From Haplodiscus bocki (lineage: Eukaryota), in NCBI GenBank assembly GCA_965655095.1, contig OZ296659.1:35340001-35404000 (forward strand): a stretch of DNA of 64,000 nt, read 5' to 3'. The notes beneath the pieces are model-generated. The model was not told the origin of the DNA, made no database searches, and was given only the letters and a program-made list of their open reading frames with translations. Of this stretch, positions 1 to 14,239 are shown in pieces (within the stretch, counting starts at the first letter, position 1; the number at the start of each line of letters is the position of its first letter). The position numbers and the translations under genes were made by a program.

Positions 1-2949
1 TTTTAACAGTTACTCTTTTTTAGTCATCAAAGCAACTTTTGCGAGCTGTTTCTGAAGATTTCATTCCACATCTTTTGCCGCATTCATCGGAGAAACTCGT
101 TGATCATGAAACATCAATGTCCCATATTTTGACAGTGCCTTTTTGCAAAAAGATCTGTTGCCATCAACTTCAGCAAGAGAGCAGTCGGGGGTCTAAAATA
201 ACCAGTCACTGGGACTGAAAAACAACTGATTCTTTTTGATAACTGTAATCAAAACTATAGAAATTCATCTGCATTGGAAAATACATTTTCTTATCACGTA
301 ACTTTATTGAAAATAAATTTGGAGAAGTTATATAAAAGTTAATACAAACTTTGAGTCCGTGAAACTTGCTGTCAAAATAATGACAGCATAAAATTAAAAC
401 TTTATAGCTGATTCATTAGGTGAATGCAATCAAGGAATTAATTGATAACATCAGAATAAAAATCATCAACTTCGGATAGAAAATCCCCGTCTCCATTTCA
501 TTCTGTTGTGTTGCTAATTGAATATGTCCTTGCTTTGTTGACTGCTCTTCTGTTTTTGGAGAAAGAGTTCTGGAACTTGTGATAAGGAAACTTGTATTTC
601 ACCCGAAGAGTGAAATTTCTGCTACTTATTTTTGAGTTAGATTTTGGAAACTGATCTCCAAAAATATAGCGTTTTAAAGATTAACGGAATTACTAACAAC
701 TACCAGCGAAATTTCTCGAAATTGTTCTCGAGCGTTTTTCAACATACCACTCTGCTGACTTCAGAACGTCCATTTTCGAGACAGGAGGAAGAACGTAGAC
801 ATGGGCCGCTTTCGATACGGGTTTTTTGTTCTCAGGAAGAAATACTGAAGTTGTAAACTTACTGAAGCTTTCGCTTGAAGTTCTGTTCAGTCCATTTCCT
901 GGATCAAAGCCCAAGAATAGATACACGATTAGAAGGGCTAACGTCTGAATGCATCAACACCCTCTGCATCTGCTTTTTTGATCTCCCACCTTTTCTTTCA
1001 GAATCTTTTATGCAATCAGGGAGTCCCTTATTTCCCCAAATTGCCACTCTGAGGTACCTCCAATACTTCTCTTTGTTGCAACCAATGCAGCTTTTTTCTG
1101 GATTCTTGCCTTTTCAGAAACTTCCATCGCTCGCCATGGGCTCCTCCTTGTTCTGAATCAAGCTTGTGCTCTGACCTTTCGCTTTGCTGTCCGGCGGCAT
1201 CTTTGAGGTAAATCGATGCGGTTTCATTCAAACACGAATTGCTTCGACTTCCTAAAGAACTTCCTACCAGTTAATGAGAAGAAATGGAACCTGCCTTAAC
1301 TTCAGGTAACTCAGAGCTAACGCACAATGGTATAGACGTACTATAGTTTTCGCTAACAAGTGACTTGAGTGAAACACTTTTTTTTGTAAATCGTCAATCT
1401 GGGACTGCAAGACGTCTTTGAAATTTGTCAACAAGGACACAATTTGTAGCCCGGACTGTTGGATCTTTTCTGCTAACTCAATATATATTTGCAGCACTGG
1501 CGAAAATCGAAGCTGATTGGGTTGTGCACCCTATTTATCTCACTTTATGCCAAAAATTCAATCCAAGTCGTTATTTTTCTAACTCAGGAATCAAGTTTTT
1601 GATTTCACCGGAAACAACACTGTTCGCACATACTTTTCGTGTGTTCGTTTTTTTCAATTAGGAAGGTTTGGAGCAATATCTTAATGTCTAAGACAAATGC
1701 CTGCAACTTCTATGCCCGCAAGTATTAACTATCACCCAGAGGCTCACATGCACTTCTGCGCACAGGTGTGCTTGATGAAACGGAGTTACTCTAGTGATCT
1801 CGACTCCACTCGTTTTTTTTCCGGACAGATACATCCGAAAAGTTTGATGTGTTGGGTGTTTGAGACAAAACTACAGTCATTTTCATTTTCAACAGTGACT
1901 CCTTTTCAGTCATCGAAGCAACTTTTGCGAGCTGGTTCTGTAGAATTCATTCCACATCTTTTGCCGCCTTCATCGGAGAAACTCGTTGATCATGATGAAA
2001 CATCATTGTCTCATTTTTTGACAGTGCCTTTTTGCAAAAAGATCTGTTGCCATCAACTTCAGCAAGAGAGCAGTCGGGGTTCTAAAATAACCAGTCACTG
2101 GGACTGAAAAACAACTGATTCTTTTTGATAACTGTAATCAAAACTATAGAAATTCATCTGCATTGGAAAATACATTTTCTTATCACGTAACTTTATTGAA
2201 AATAAATTTGGAGAAGTTATATAAAAGTTAATACAAACTTTGAGTCCGTGAAACTTGCTGTCAAAATAATGACAACATAAAATTAAAACTTTATAGCTGA
2301 TTCATTAGGTGAATGCAATCAAGGAATTAATTGATAACATCAGAATAAAAATCATCAACTTCGGATAGAAAATCCCCGTCTCCATTTCATTCTGTTGTGT
2401 TGCTAATTGAATATGTCCTTGCTTTGTTGACTGCTCTTCTGTTTTTGGAGAAAGAGTTCTGGAACTTGTGATAAGGAAACTTGTATTTCACCCGAAGAGT
2501 GAAATTTCTGCTACTTATTTTTGAGTTAGATTTTGGAAACTGATCTCCAAAAATATAGCGTTTTAAAGATTAACGGAATTACTAACAACTACCAGCGAAA
2601 TTTCTCGAAATTGTTCTCGAGCGTTTTTCAACATACCACTCTGCTGACTTCAGAACGTCCATTTTCGAGACAGGAGGAAGAACGTAGACATGGGCCGGTT
2701 TCGATACGGGTTTTTTGTTCTCAGGAAGAAATACTGAAGTTGTAAACTTACTGAAGCTTTCGCTTGAAGTTCTGTTCAGTCCATTTCCTGGATCAAAGCC
2801 CAAGAATAGATACACGATTAGAAGGGCTAACGTCTGAATGCATCAACACCCTCTGCATCTGCTTTTGATCTCCCACCTTTTCTTTCAGAATCTTTTATGC
2901 AATCAGGGAGTCCCTTATTTCCCCAAATTGCCTTTCTGAGGTACCTCCA

Positions 2950-5900
2950 ATACTTCTCTTTGTTGCAACCAATGCAGCTTTTTTCTGGATTCTTGCCTTT
3001 CCAGAAACTTCCATCGCTCGCCATGGGCTCCTCCTTGTTCTGAATCAAGCTTGTGCTCTGACCTTTCGCTTTGCTGTCCGGCGGCATCTTTGAGGTAAAT
3101 CGATGCGGTTTCATTCAAACACGAATTGCTTCGACTTCCTAAAGAACTTCCTACCAGTTGATGAGAAGAAATGGAACCTGCCTTAACTTCAGGTAACTCA
3201 GAGCTAACGCACAATGGTATAGACGTACTATAGTTTTCGCTAACAAGTGACTTGAGTGAAACACCTTTTTTTTGTAAATCGTCAATCTGGGACTGCAAGA
3301 CGTCTTTGAAATTTGTCAACAAGGACACAATTTGTAGCCCGGACTGTAGGATCTTTTCTGCTAACTCAATATATATTTGCAGCACTGGCGAAAATCGAAG
3401 CTGATTGGGTTGTGCACCCTCTTTATCTCACTTTATGCCAAAAATTCAATCCGAGTCGTTTTTTTTCTAAGTCAGGAATCAAGTTTTTGATTTCACCGGA
3501 AACAACACTGTTCGCACATACTTTTCGTGTGTTCGTTTTTTTCAATTAGGAAGGCTTGGAGCAATATCTTAATGTCTAAGACAAATGCCTGCAACTTCTA
3601 TGCCCGCAAGTATTAACTATCACCCAGAGGCTCACATGCACTTCTGCGCACAGGTGTGCTTGATGAAACGGAGTTACTCTAGTGATCTCGACTCCACTCG
3701 TTTTTTTTCCGGACAGATACATCCGAAAAGTTTGATGTGTTGCGTGTTTGAGACAAAACTACAGTCATTTTCATTTTCAACAGTGACTCCTTTTCAGTCA
3801 TCGAAGCAACTTTTGCGAGCTGGTTCTGAAGAGTTCATTCCACATCTTTTGCCGCCTTCATCGGAGAAACTCGTTGATAATGAAACATCAATGTCCCATA
3901 TTTTGACAGTGCCTTTTTCCAAAAAGATCTGTTGCCATCAACTTCAGCAAGAGAGCAGTCGGGGATCAAAAATAACCAGTCACTGCGACTGAAAAACAAC
4001 TGATTCTTTTTGATAACTGTATTCAAAATTATAGAAATTCATCTTCATTGGAAAATACCTTCAAGCACGTAACTTTATTGAATAGAAAGTTCGAGAAGCT
4101 TTATAAAAGTTAATACAAACATAGTTCGTGAAACTTGCTGCCAAAAGAATGACAACATAAAATTGAAACTTTATAGCTGATTCATTAGGGGAATGCATTC
4201 AAGGAATTCATTAATGACATCAGAATAAAAATCATCAACTTCGGATACAAAATCCCCGTCTCCATTTCATCCTGTTGTGTTGCTAACTGAATATGTCCTT
4301 GCTTTGTTGACTGCTCTTCTGTTTTTGAAGAAAGAGTTTTCGAAATGTGGATAAGGAAACTTTTTTTGTATTTCACCTGAAGAGTGAACATTCTTCTACT
4401 TATTTTTAGTTAGATTTTGGAAACTGATCTCCAAAAAAATAGCGATTTAGAGATTAACGGAATTACTAACAACTACCAGCAAAATGTCTCGGAATCGTTT
4501 TCGAGCGTTGTTCAATATACCACTCTGTTGACTTCAGAACGTGCATTTTTGAGACAGGAAGAAGAACGTAGACATGAGCCGCTTTCGATACGGGATTTTT
4601 GTTCTCATGAAGAAATACTGAAGTTGTAAACTTACTGAAGCTTTCGCTTGAAGTTCTGTTCAGTCCATTTCCTGGATCAAAGCCCAAGAATAGATACACG
4701 ATGAGAAGGGCTAACGTCTGAATGCATCAACACCCTCTGCATCTGCTTTTGATCTCCCACCTTTTCTTTCAGAATCTTTTATGCAATCAGGGAGTCCCTT
4801 ATTTCCCCAAATTGCCACTCTGAGGTACCTCCAATACTTCTCTTTGTTGCAACCAATGCAGCTTTTTTCTGGATTCTTGCCTTTCCAGAAACTTCCATCG
4901 CTCGCCATGGGCTCCTCCTTGTTCTGAATCAAGCTTGTGCTCTGACCTTTCGCTTTGCTGTCCGGCGGCATCTTTGAGGTAAATCGATGCGGTTTCATTC
5001 AAACACGAATTGCTTCGACTTCCTAAAGAACTTCCTACCAGTTGATGAGAAGAAATGGAACCTGCCTTAACTTCAGGTAACTCAGAGCTAACGCACAATG
5101 GTATAGACGTACTATAGTTTTCGCTAACAAGTGACTTGAGTGAAACACCTTTTTTTTGTAAATCGTCAATCTGGGACTGCAAGACGTCTTTGAAATTTGT
5201 CAACAAGGACACAATTTGTAGCCCGGACTGTAGGATCTTTTCTGCTAACTCAATATATATTTGCAGCACTGGCGAAAATCGAAGCTGATTGGGTTGTGCA
5301 CCCTCTTTATCTCACTTTATGCCAAAAATTCAATCCGAGTCGTTTTTTTTCTAACTCAGGAATCAAGTTTTTGATTTCACCGGAAACAACACTGTTCGCA
5401 CATACTTTTCGTGTGTTCGTTTTTTTCAATTAGGAAGGCTTGGAGCAATATCTTAATGTCTAAGACAAATGCCTGCAACTTCTATGCCCGCAAGTATTAA
5501 CTATCACCCAGAGGCTCACATGCACTTCTGCGCACAGGTGTGCTTGATGAAACGGAGTTACTCTAGTGATCTCGACTCCACTCGTTTTTTTTCCGGACAG
5601 ATACATCCGAAAAGTTTGATGTGTTGCGTGTTTGAGACAAAACTACAGTCATTTTCATTTTCAACAGTGACTCCTTTTCAGTCATCGAAGCAACTTTTGC
5701 GAGCTGGTTCTGAAGAGTTCATTCCACATCTTTTGCCGCCTTCATCGGAGAAACTCGTTGATAATGAAACATCAATGTCCCATATTTTGACAGTGCCTTT
5801 TTGCAAAAAGATCTGTTGCCATCAACTTCAGCAAGAGAGCAGTCGGGGATCAAAAATAACCAGTCACTGCGACTGAAAAACAACTGATTCTTTTTGATAA

Positions 5901-6720
5901 CTGTATTCAAAATTATAGAAATTCATCTTCATTGGAAAATACCTTCAAGCACGTAACTTTATTGAATAGAAAGTTCGAGAAGCTTTATAAAAGTTAATAC
6001 AAACATAGTTCGTGAAACTTGCTGCCAAAAGAATGACAACATAAAATTGAAACTTTATAGCTGATTCATTAGGGGAATGCATTCAAGGAATTCATTAATG
6101 ACATCAGAATAAAAATCATCAACTTCGGATACAAAATCCCCGTCTCCATTTCATCCTGTTGTGTTGCTAACTGAATATGTCCTTGCTTTGTTGACTGCTC
6201 TTCTGTTTTTGAAGAAAGAGTTTTCGAAATGTGGATAAGCAAACTTTTTTTGTATTTCACCTGAAGAGTGAACATTCTTCTACTTATTTTTAGTTAGATT
6301 TTGGAAACTGATCTCCAAAAAAATAGCGATTTAGAGATTAACGGAATTACTAACAACTACCAGCAAAATGTCTCGGAATCGTTTTCGAGCGTTGTTCAAT
6401 ATACCACTCTGTTGACTTCAGAACGTGCATTTTTGAGACAGGAAGAAGAACGTAGACATGAGCCGCTTTCGATACGGGATTTTTGTTCTCATGAAGAAAT
6501 ACTGAAGTTGTAAACTTACTGAAGCTTTCGCTTGAAGTTCTGTTCAGTCCATTTCCTGGATCAAAGCCCAAGAATAGATACACGATGAGAAGGGCTAACG
6601 TCTGAATGCATCAACACCCTCTGCATCTGCTTTTGATCTCCCACCTTTTCTTTCAGAATCTTTTATGCAATCAGGGAGTCCCTTATTTCCCCAAATTGCC
6701 ACTCTGAGGTACCTCCAATA
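2950..6720. repeat. Recent local duplication: two near-identical monomers, period 1,884
   Basis: ORF pairs 2915/4799, 3313/5197, 3585/5469, 4185/6069, 4417/6301 are all offset by 1,884. Shared private variants include ccagttgatg, tgttgcgtg, gttctcatgaag and cacgatgagaag. Confidence 0.9.
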
Positions 6721-9700
6721 CTTCTCTTTGTTGCAACCAATGCAGCTTTTTTCTGGATTCTTGCCTTTTCAGAAACTTCCATCGCTCGCCATGGGCTCCT
6801 CCTTGTTCTGAATCAAGCTTGTGCTCTGACCTTTCGCTTTGCTGTCCGGCGGCATCTTTGAGGTAAATCGATGCGGTTTCATTCAAACACGAATGGCTTC
6901 GACTTCCTAAAGAATTTCCTACCAGTTAATGAGAAGAAATGGAACCTGCCTTAACTTCAGGTAACTCAGAGCTAGCGCACAATGGTTAAGACGTACTATA
7001 GTTTTCGCTAACAAGTGACTTGAGTGAAACGCCTTTTTTTTGTAAATCGTCAATCTGGGACTGCAAGACGTCTTTGAAATTTGTCAACAAGGACACAATT
7101 TGTAGCCCGGACTGTTGGATCTTTTCTGCTAACTCAATATATATTTGCAGCACTGGCGAAAATCGAAGCTGATTGGGTTGTGCACCCTATTTATCTCACT
7201 TTATTCCAAAAATTCAATCCGAGTCGTTATTTTTCTAACTCAGGAATCAAGTTTTTGATTTCACCGGAAACAACACTTCGCACATACTTTTCGTGTGTTC
7301 GTTTTTTTCAATTAGGAAGGCTTGGAGCAATATCTTAATGTCTAAGACAAATGCCTGCAACTTCTATGCCCGCAAGTATTAACTATCACCCAGAGGCTCA
7401 CATGCACTTCTGCGCACAGGTGTGCTTGATGAAACGGAGTTACTTTAGTGATCTCGACTCCACTCGCTTTTTTTCCGGACAGATACATCCGAAAAGTTTG
7501 ATGTGTTGGGTGTTTGAGACAAAACTACAGGCATTTTCATTTTCAACAGTGACTCCTTTTCAGTCATCGAAGCAACTTTTGCGAGCTGGTTCTGAAGAAT
7601 TCACTCCACATCTTTTGCCGCATTCATCGGAGAAATTCGTTGATCATGAAACATCAATGTCCCATATTTTGACAGTGCCTTTTTGCAAAAAGATCTGTTG
7701 CCATCAACTTCAGCAAGAGAGCAGTCGGGGGTCAAAAATAAGCAGTCACTGCGACTGAAAAACAACTGATTCTTTTTGATAACTGTTCAAAATTATAGAA
7801 ATTCATCTTCATTGGAAAATACCTTCAACCACGTAACTTTATTGAATGGAAAGTTCGAGAAGCTTTATAAAAGTTAATACAAACATAGTTCGTGAAACTT
7901 GCTGCCAAAAGAATGACAACATAAAATTGAAACTATATAGCTGATTCATTAGGGGAATGCAATCAAGGAATTCATTAATGACATCAGAATAAAAATCATC
8001 AACTTCAGATACCAAATCCCCGTCTCCATTTCATCCTGTTGTGTTGCTAACTGAATATGTCCTTGCTTTGTTGACTGCTCTTCTGTTTTTGAAGAAAGAG
8101 TTTTCGAAATGTGGATAAGGAAACTTGTTTTGTAATTCACCTGAAGAGTGAACATTCTTCTACTCATTTTTAGTTAGATTTTGGAAACTGATCTCCAAAA
8201 AAATAGCGATTTAGAGATTAACGGAATTACTAACAACTACCAGCAAAATGTCTCGGAATCGTTTTCGAGCGTTGTTCAATATACCACTCTGTTGACTTCA
8301 GAACGTGCATTTTTGAGACAGGAGAAAGAACGTAGACATGAGCCGCTTTCGATACGGGATTTTTGTTCTCAGGAAGAAATACTGAAGTTGTAAACTTACT
8401 GAAGCTTTCGCTTGAAGTTCTGTTCAGTCCATTTTCTGGATCAAAGTCCAAGCATAGATACACGATTAGAAGGGCTAACGTCTGAAGGCATCAACACCCT
8501 CTGCATCTGCTTTTGATCTCTCACCTTTTCTTTCAGAATCTTTCATGCAATCAGGGAGTCCCTCATTTCCCCAAATTGCCACTCTGAGGTACCTCCAATA
8601 CTTCTCTTTGTTGCAACCAATACAGCTTTTTCCTGGAGTCTTGCCTTTTCCGAAACTTCCATCGCTCGCCATGGGCTCCTCCAATTCTGAATCAAGCTTG
8701 TGATCTGACCTTTCGCTTTGCTTTCCGGCGGCATCTTTGAGGTAAATCGATGCGGTTTCATTCAAACACGAATTGCTTCGACTTCCTGAAGAACTTCCTA
8801 CCAGTTAATGAGAAGAAATGGAATCTGCGTAACTTTCAGGTAACTCAGAGCTAACACACAATGGTATAGACGTACTATAATTTTCGCTGACAAGTGACTT
8901 GAGTGAAACAACTTGTTTTTGTAAATCGTCATTCTGGGACTGCAAGACGTCTTCAAATTTTGTCAACGAGGACACAAATTGTAGCCCGGATTGGTGGAAC
9001 TTTTCTGCTAACTCGAAAGGAATCTTCAGCACTGGCGAAAATCGAAGCTGATTGGGTTGTGCACCCTATTTTTCTCACTTTATGCCAAAAATTCAATCCG
9101 AGTCGTTATTTTTCTAACTCAGGAATCAAGTTTTTGATTTCACCGGAAACAACACTTCGCACATACTTTTCGTGTGTTCGTTTTTTTCAATTAGGAAGGC
9201 TTGGAGCAATATCTTAATGTCTAAGACAAATGCCTGCAACTTCTATGCCCGCAAGTATTAACTATCACCCAGAGGCTCACATGCACTTCTGTGCACAGGT
9301 GTGTTTGATTAAACGGAGTTACTCTAGCGATCACGTCTCCACTCGCTTTTCTTTCCGGACAGATACATCCAAAAACTTTGATGTGTTGGGTTTTTGAGAC
9401 AAAACTACAGGCATTTTTAACAGTTACTCTTTTTTAGTCATCAAAGCAACTTTTGCGAGCTGTTTCTGAAGATTTCATTCCACATCTTTTGCCGCATTCA
9501 TCGGAGAAACTCGTTGATCATGAAACATCAATGTCCCATATTTTGACAGTGCCTTTTTGCAAAAAGATCTGTTGCCATCAACTTCAGAAAGAGAGCAGTC
9601 GGGGGTCAAAAATAACCAGTCACTCCGACTGAAAAACAACTGATTCTTTTTGATAACTGTAATCAAAACTATAGAAATTCATCTGCATTGGAAAATACAT

Positions 9701-10479
9701 TTTCTTATCACGTAACTTTATTGAAATTAACTTTGGAGAAGTTATATAAAAGTTAATACAAACATTGAGTCCGTGAAACTTGCTGTCAAAATAATGACAA
9801 CATAAAATTAAAACTTTATAGCTGATTAATTAGGTGAATGCAATCAAGGAATTAATTGATAACATCAGAATAAAAATCATCAACTTCGGATAGAAAATCC
9901 CCGTCTCCATTTCATTCTGTTGGGTTGCTAATTGAATATGTCCTTGCTTTGTTGACTGCTCTTCTATTTTTGGAGAAAGAGTTCTGGAACTTGTGATAAG
10001 GAAACTTGTATTTCACCCGAAGAGTGAAATTTCTGCTACTTATTTTTGAGTTAGATTTTGGAAACTGATCTCCAAAAATATAGCGTTTTAAAGATTAACG
10101 GAATTACTAACAACTACGAGCGAAATTTCTCGAAATTGTTCTCGAGCGTTTTTCAACATACCACTCTGCTGACTTCAGAACGTCCATTTTTGAGACAGGA
10201 GGAAGAACGTAGACATGGGCCGGTTTCGATACGGGTTTTTTGTTCTCAGGAAGAAACACTGAAGTTGTAAACTTACTGAAGCTTTCGCTTGAAGTTCTGT
10301 TCAGTCCATTTCCTGGATCAAAGCCCAAGAATAGATACACGATTAGAAGGGCTAACGTCTGAATGCATCAACACGCTCTGCATCTGCTTTTGATCTCCCA
10401 CCTTTTCTTTCAGAATTTTTCATGCAATCAGGGAGTCCCTCATTTCCCCAAATTGCCGCTCTGAGGTACCTCCAATACT

Positions 10480-13400
10480 TCTCTTCGTTGCAACCAATGC
10501 AGCTTTTTCTGGATTCTTGCCTTTTCAGAAACTTCCATCGCTCGCCATGGGCTCCTCCTTGTTCTGAATCAAGCTTGTGCTCTGACCTTTCGCTTTGCTT
10601 TCCGGCGGCATCTTTGAGGTAAATCGATGCGGTTTCATTCAAACACGAATTGCTTCGACTTCCTAAAGAATTTCCTACCAGTTAATGAGAAGAAATGGAA
10701 CCTGCCAAACTTTCAGGTAACTCAGAGCTAACGCACAATGTTATAGACGTACTATAGTTTTCGCTAACAAGTGACTTGAGTGAAACACCTTTTTTTTGTA
10801 AATCGTCAATCTGGGACTGCAAGACGTCTTCAAATTTTGTCAACGAGGACACAAATTGTAGCCCGGATTGGTGGAACTTTTCTGCTAACTCGAAAGGAAT
10901 CTTCAGCACTGGCGAAAATCGAAGCTGATTGGGTTTTGGACCCTATTTATCTCACTTTATGCCAAAAATTCAATCCGAGTCGTTATTTTTCTAACTCAGG
11001 AATCAAGTTTTTGATTTCACCGGAAACAACACTTCGCACATACTTTTCGTGTGTTCGTTTTTTTCAATTAGGAAGGCTTGGAGCAATATCTTAATGTCTA
11101 AGACAAATGCCTGCAACTTCTATGCCCGCAAGTATTAACTATCACCCAGAGGCTCACATGCACTTCTGCGCACAGGTGTACTTGATCAAACGGAGTTACT
11201 CTAGTGATCTCGACTCCACTCGCTTTTTCTCCGGACAGATACATCCGAAAAGTTTGATGTGTTGGGTGTTTGAGACAAAACTACAGGCATTTTCATTTTC
11301 AACAGTGACTCCTTTTTAGTCCTCAAAGCAACTTTTGCGAGCTGTTTCTGAAGAATTCTTTCCGCAACTTTTGCCGCATTTATCGGAGAAACTCCTTGAT
11401 CATGATGAAACATCAATGTCTCATATTTTGACAGTGCCTTTTTGCAAAAAGATCTGTTGCCATCAACTTCAGCAAGAGAGCAGTCGGGGGTCAAAAATAA
11501 CCAGTCACTGCGACTGAAAAACAACTGATTCTTTTTGATAACTGTTCAAAATTATTGAAATTCATCTTCATTGGAAAATACCTTCAAGCACGTAACTTTA
11601 TTGAATAGAAAGCTCGAGAAGCTTTAGAAAAGTTAACACAAACATAATTCGTGAAACTTGCTGCCAAAAGAATGACAACATAAAATTGAAACTATATAGC
11701 TGATTCATTAGGGGAATGCAATCAAGGAATTCATTAATGACATCAGAATAAAAATCATCAACTTCGGATACAAAATCCCCGTCTCCATTTCATCCTGTTG
11801 TGTTGCTAACTGAATATGTCCTTGCTTTGTTGACTGCTCTTCTGTTTTTGAAGAAAGAGTTTTCGAATTGTGGATAAGGAAACTTGTTTTGTATTTCACC
11901 TGAAGAGTGAACATTCTTCTACTTTTTTTTAGTTAGATTTTGGAAACTGATCTCCAAAAAAATAGCGATTTGGAGATTAACGGAATTACTAACAACTACC
12001 AGCAAAATGTCTCGGAATCGTTTTCGAGCGTTGTTCAATATACCACTCTGTTGACTTCAGAACGTGCATTTTTGAGACAGGAGAAAGAACGTAGACATGA
12101 GCCGCTTTCGATACGGGATTTTTGTTCTCAGGAAGAAATACTGAAGTTGTAAACTTACTGAAGCTTTCGCTTGAAGTTCTGTTCAATCCATTTTCTGGAT
12201 CAAAGCCCAAGCATAGATACACGATTAGAAGGGCTAACGTCTGAAGGCATCAACACCCTCTGCATCTGCTTTTGATCTCTCACCTTTTCTTTCAGAATCT
12301 TTCATGCAATCAGGGAGTCCCTCATTTCCCCAAATTGCCACTCTGAGGTACCTCCAATACTTCTCTTCGTTGCAACCAATGCAGCTTTTTCTGGATTCTT
12401 GCCTTTTCAGAAACTTCCATCGCTCGCCATGGGCTCCTCCTTGTTCTGAATCAAGCTTGTGCTCTGACCTTTCGCTTTGCTTTCCGGCGGCATCTTTGAG
12501 GTAAATCGATGCGGTTTCATTCAAACACGAATTGCTTCGACTTCCTAAAGAATTTCCTACCAGTTAATGAGAAGAAATGGAACCTGCCAAACTTTCAGGT
12601 AACTCAGAGCTAACGCACAATGGTATAGACGTACTATAGTTTTCGCTAACAAGTGACTTGAGTGAAACACCTTTTTTTTGTAAATCGTCAATCTGGGACT
12701 GCAAGACGTCTTTGAAATTTGTCAACAAGGACACAATTTGTAGCCCGGACTGTTGGATCTTTTCTGCTAACTCAATATATATTTGCAGCACTGGCGAAAA
12801 TCGAAGCTGATTGGGTTTTGGACCCTATTTATCTCACTTTATGCCAAAAATTCAATCCGAGTCGTTATTTTTCTAACTCAGGAATCAAGTTTTTGATTTC
12901 ACCGGAAACAACACTTCGCACATACTTTTCGGGTGTTCGTTTTTTTCAATTAGGAAGGCTTGGAGCAATATCTTAATGTCTAAGACAAATGCCTGCAACT
13001 TCTATGCCCGCAAGTATTAACTATCACCCAGAGGCTCACATGCACTTCTGCGCACAGGTGTACTTGATCAAACGGAGTTACTCTAGTGATCTCGACTCCA
13101 CTCGCTTTTTCTCCGGACAGATACATCCGAAAAGTTTGATGTGTTGGGTGTTTGAGACAAAACTACAGGCATTTTCATTTTCAACAGTGACTCCTTTTTA
13201 GTCCTCAAAGCAACTTTTGCGAGCTGTTTCTGAAGAATTCTTTCCGCAACTTTTGCCGCATTTATCGGAGAAACTCCTGGATCATGATGAAACATCAATG
13301 TCTCATATTTTGACAGTGCCTTTTTGCAAAAAGATCTGTTGCCATCAACTTCAGCAAGAGAGCAGTCGGGGGTCAAAAATAACCAGTCACTGCGACTGAA

Positions 13401-14230
13401 AAACAACTGATTCTTTTTGATAACTGTTCAAAATTATTGAAATTCATCTTCATTGGAAAATACCTTCAAGCACGTAACTTTATTGAATAGAAAGTTCGAG
13501 AAGCTTTAGAAAAGTTAACACAAACATAATTCGTGAAACTTGCTGCCAAAAGAATGACAACATAAAATTGAAACTATATAGCTGATTCATTAGGGGAATG
13601 CAATCAAGGAATTCATTAATGACATCAGAATAAAAATCATCAACTTCGGATACAAAATCCCCGTCTCCATTTCATCCTGTTGTGTTGCTAACTGAATATG
13701 TCCTTGCTTTGTTGACTGCTCTTCTGTTTTTGAAGAAAGAGTTTTCGAATTGTGGATAAGGAAACTTGTTTTGTATTTCACCTGAAGAGTGAACATTCTT
13801 CTACTTTTTTTTAGTTAGATTTTGGAAACTGATCTCCAAAAAAATAGCGATTTGGAGATTAACGGAATTACTAACAACTACCAGCAAAATGTCTCGGAAT
13901 CGTTTTCGAGCGTTGTTCAATATACCACTCTGTTGACTTCAGAACGTGCATTTTTGAGACAGGAGAAAGAACGTAGACATGAGCCGCTTTCGATACGGGA
14001 TTTTTGTTCTCAGGAAGAAATACTGAAGTTGTAAACTTACTGAAGCTTTCGCTTGAAGTTCTGTTCAATCCATTTTCTGGATCAAAGCCCAAGCATAGAT
14101 ACACGATTAGAAGGGCTAACGTCTGAAGGCATCAACACCCTCTGCATCTGCTTTTGATCTCTCACCTTTTCTTTCAGAATCTTTCATGCAATCAGGGAGT
14201 CCCTCATTTCCCCAAATTGCCACTCTGAGG
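10480..14230. repeat. Recent local duplication: two near-identical monomers, period 1,882
   Basis: ORF pairs 11107/12989, 11201/13083, 11708/13590, 11940/13822. Private variants gggttttggac, gtacttgatcaaa and aattctttccgcaac. One discordant patch at ~10830-10910. Confidence 0.85.
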
Positions 14231-14239
14231 TACCTCCAA

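Noticed and set aside
970-1390. Single-copy homopolymer length changes (extra Ts at ~975, altered T-run at ~1378; also ~15721, ~30935, ~50335)
   Set aside because: These cannot be told apart from long-read homopolymer errors or trivial slippage. They create spurious ORF differences.
644-2532. Monomer as a 10-mer of a ~188-bp nucleosome-sized subunit
   Set aside because: No internal periodic similarity was visible beyond scattered 8-10 nt words (gaaacttg, tctgcta). A self dot-plot of one monomer would be needed to revive the idea.
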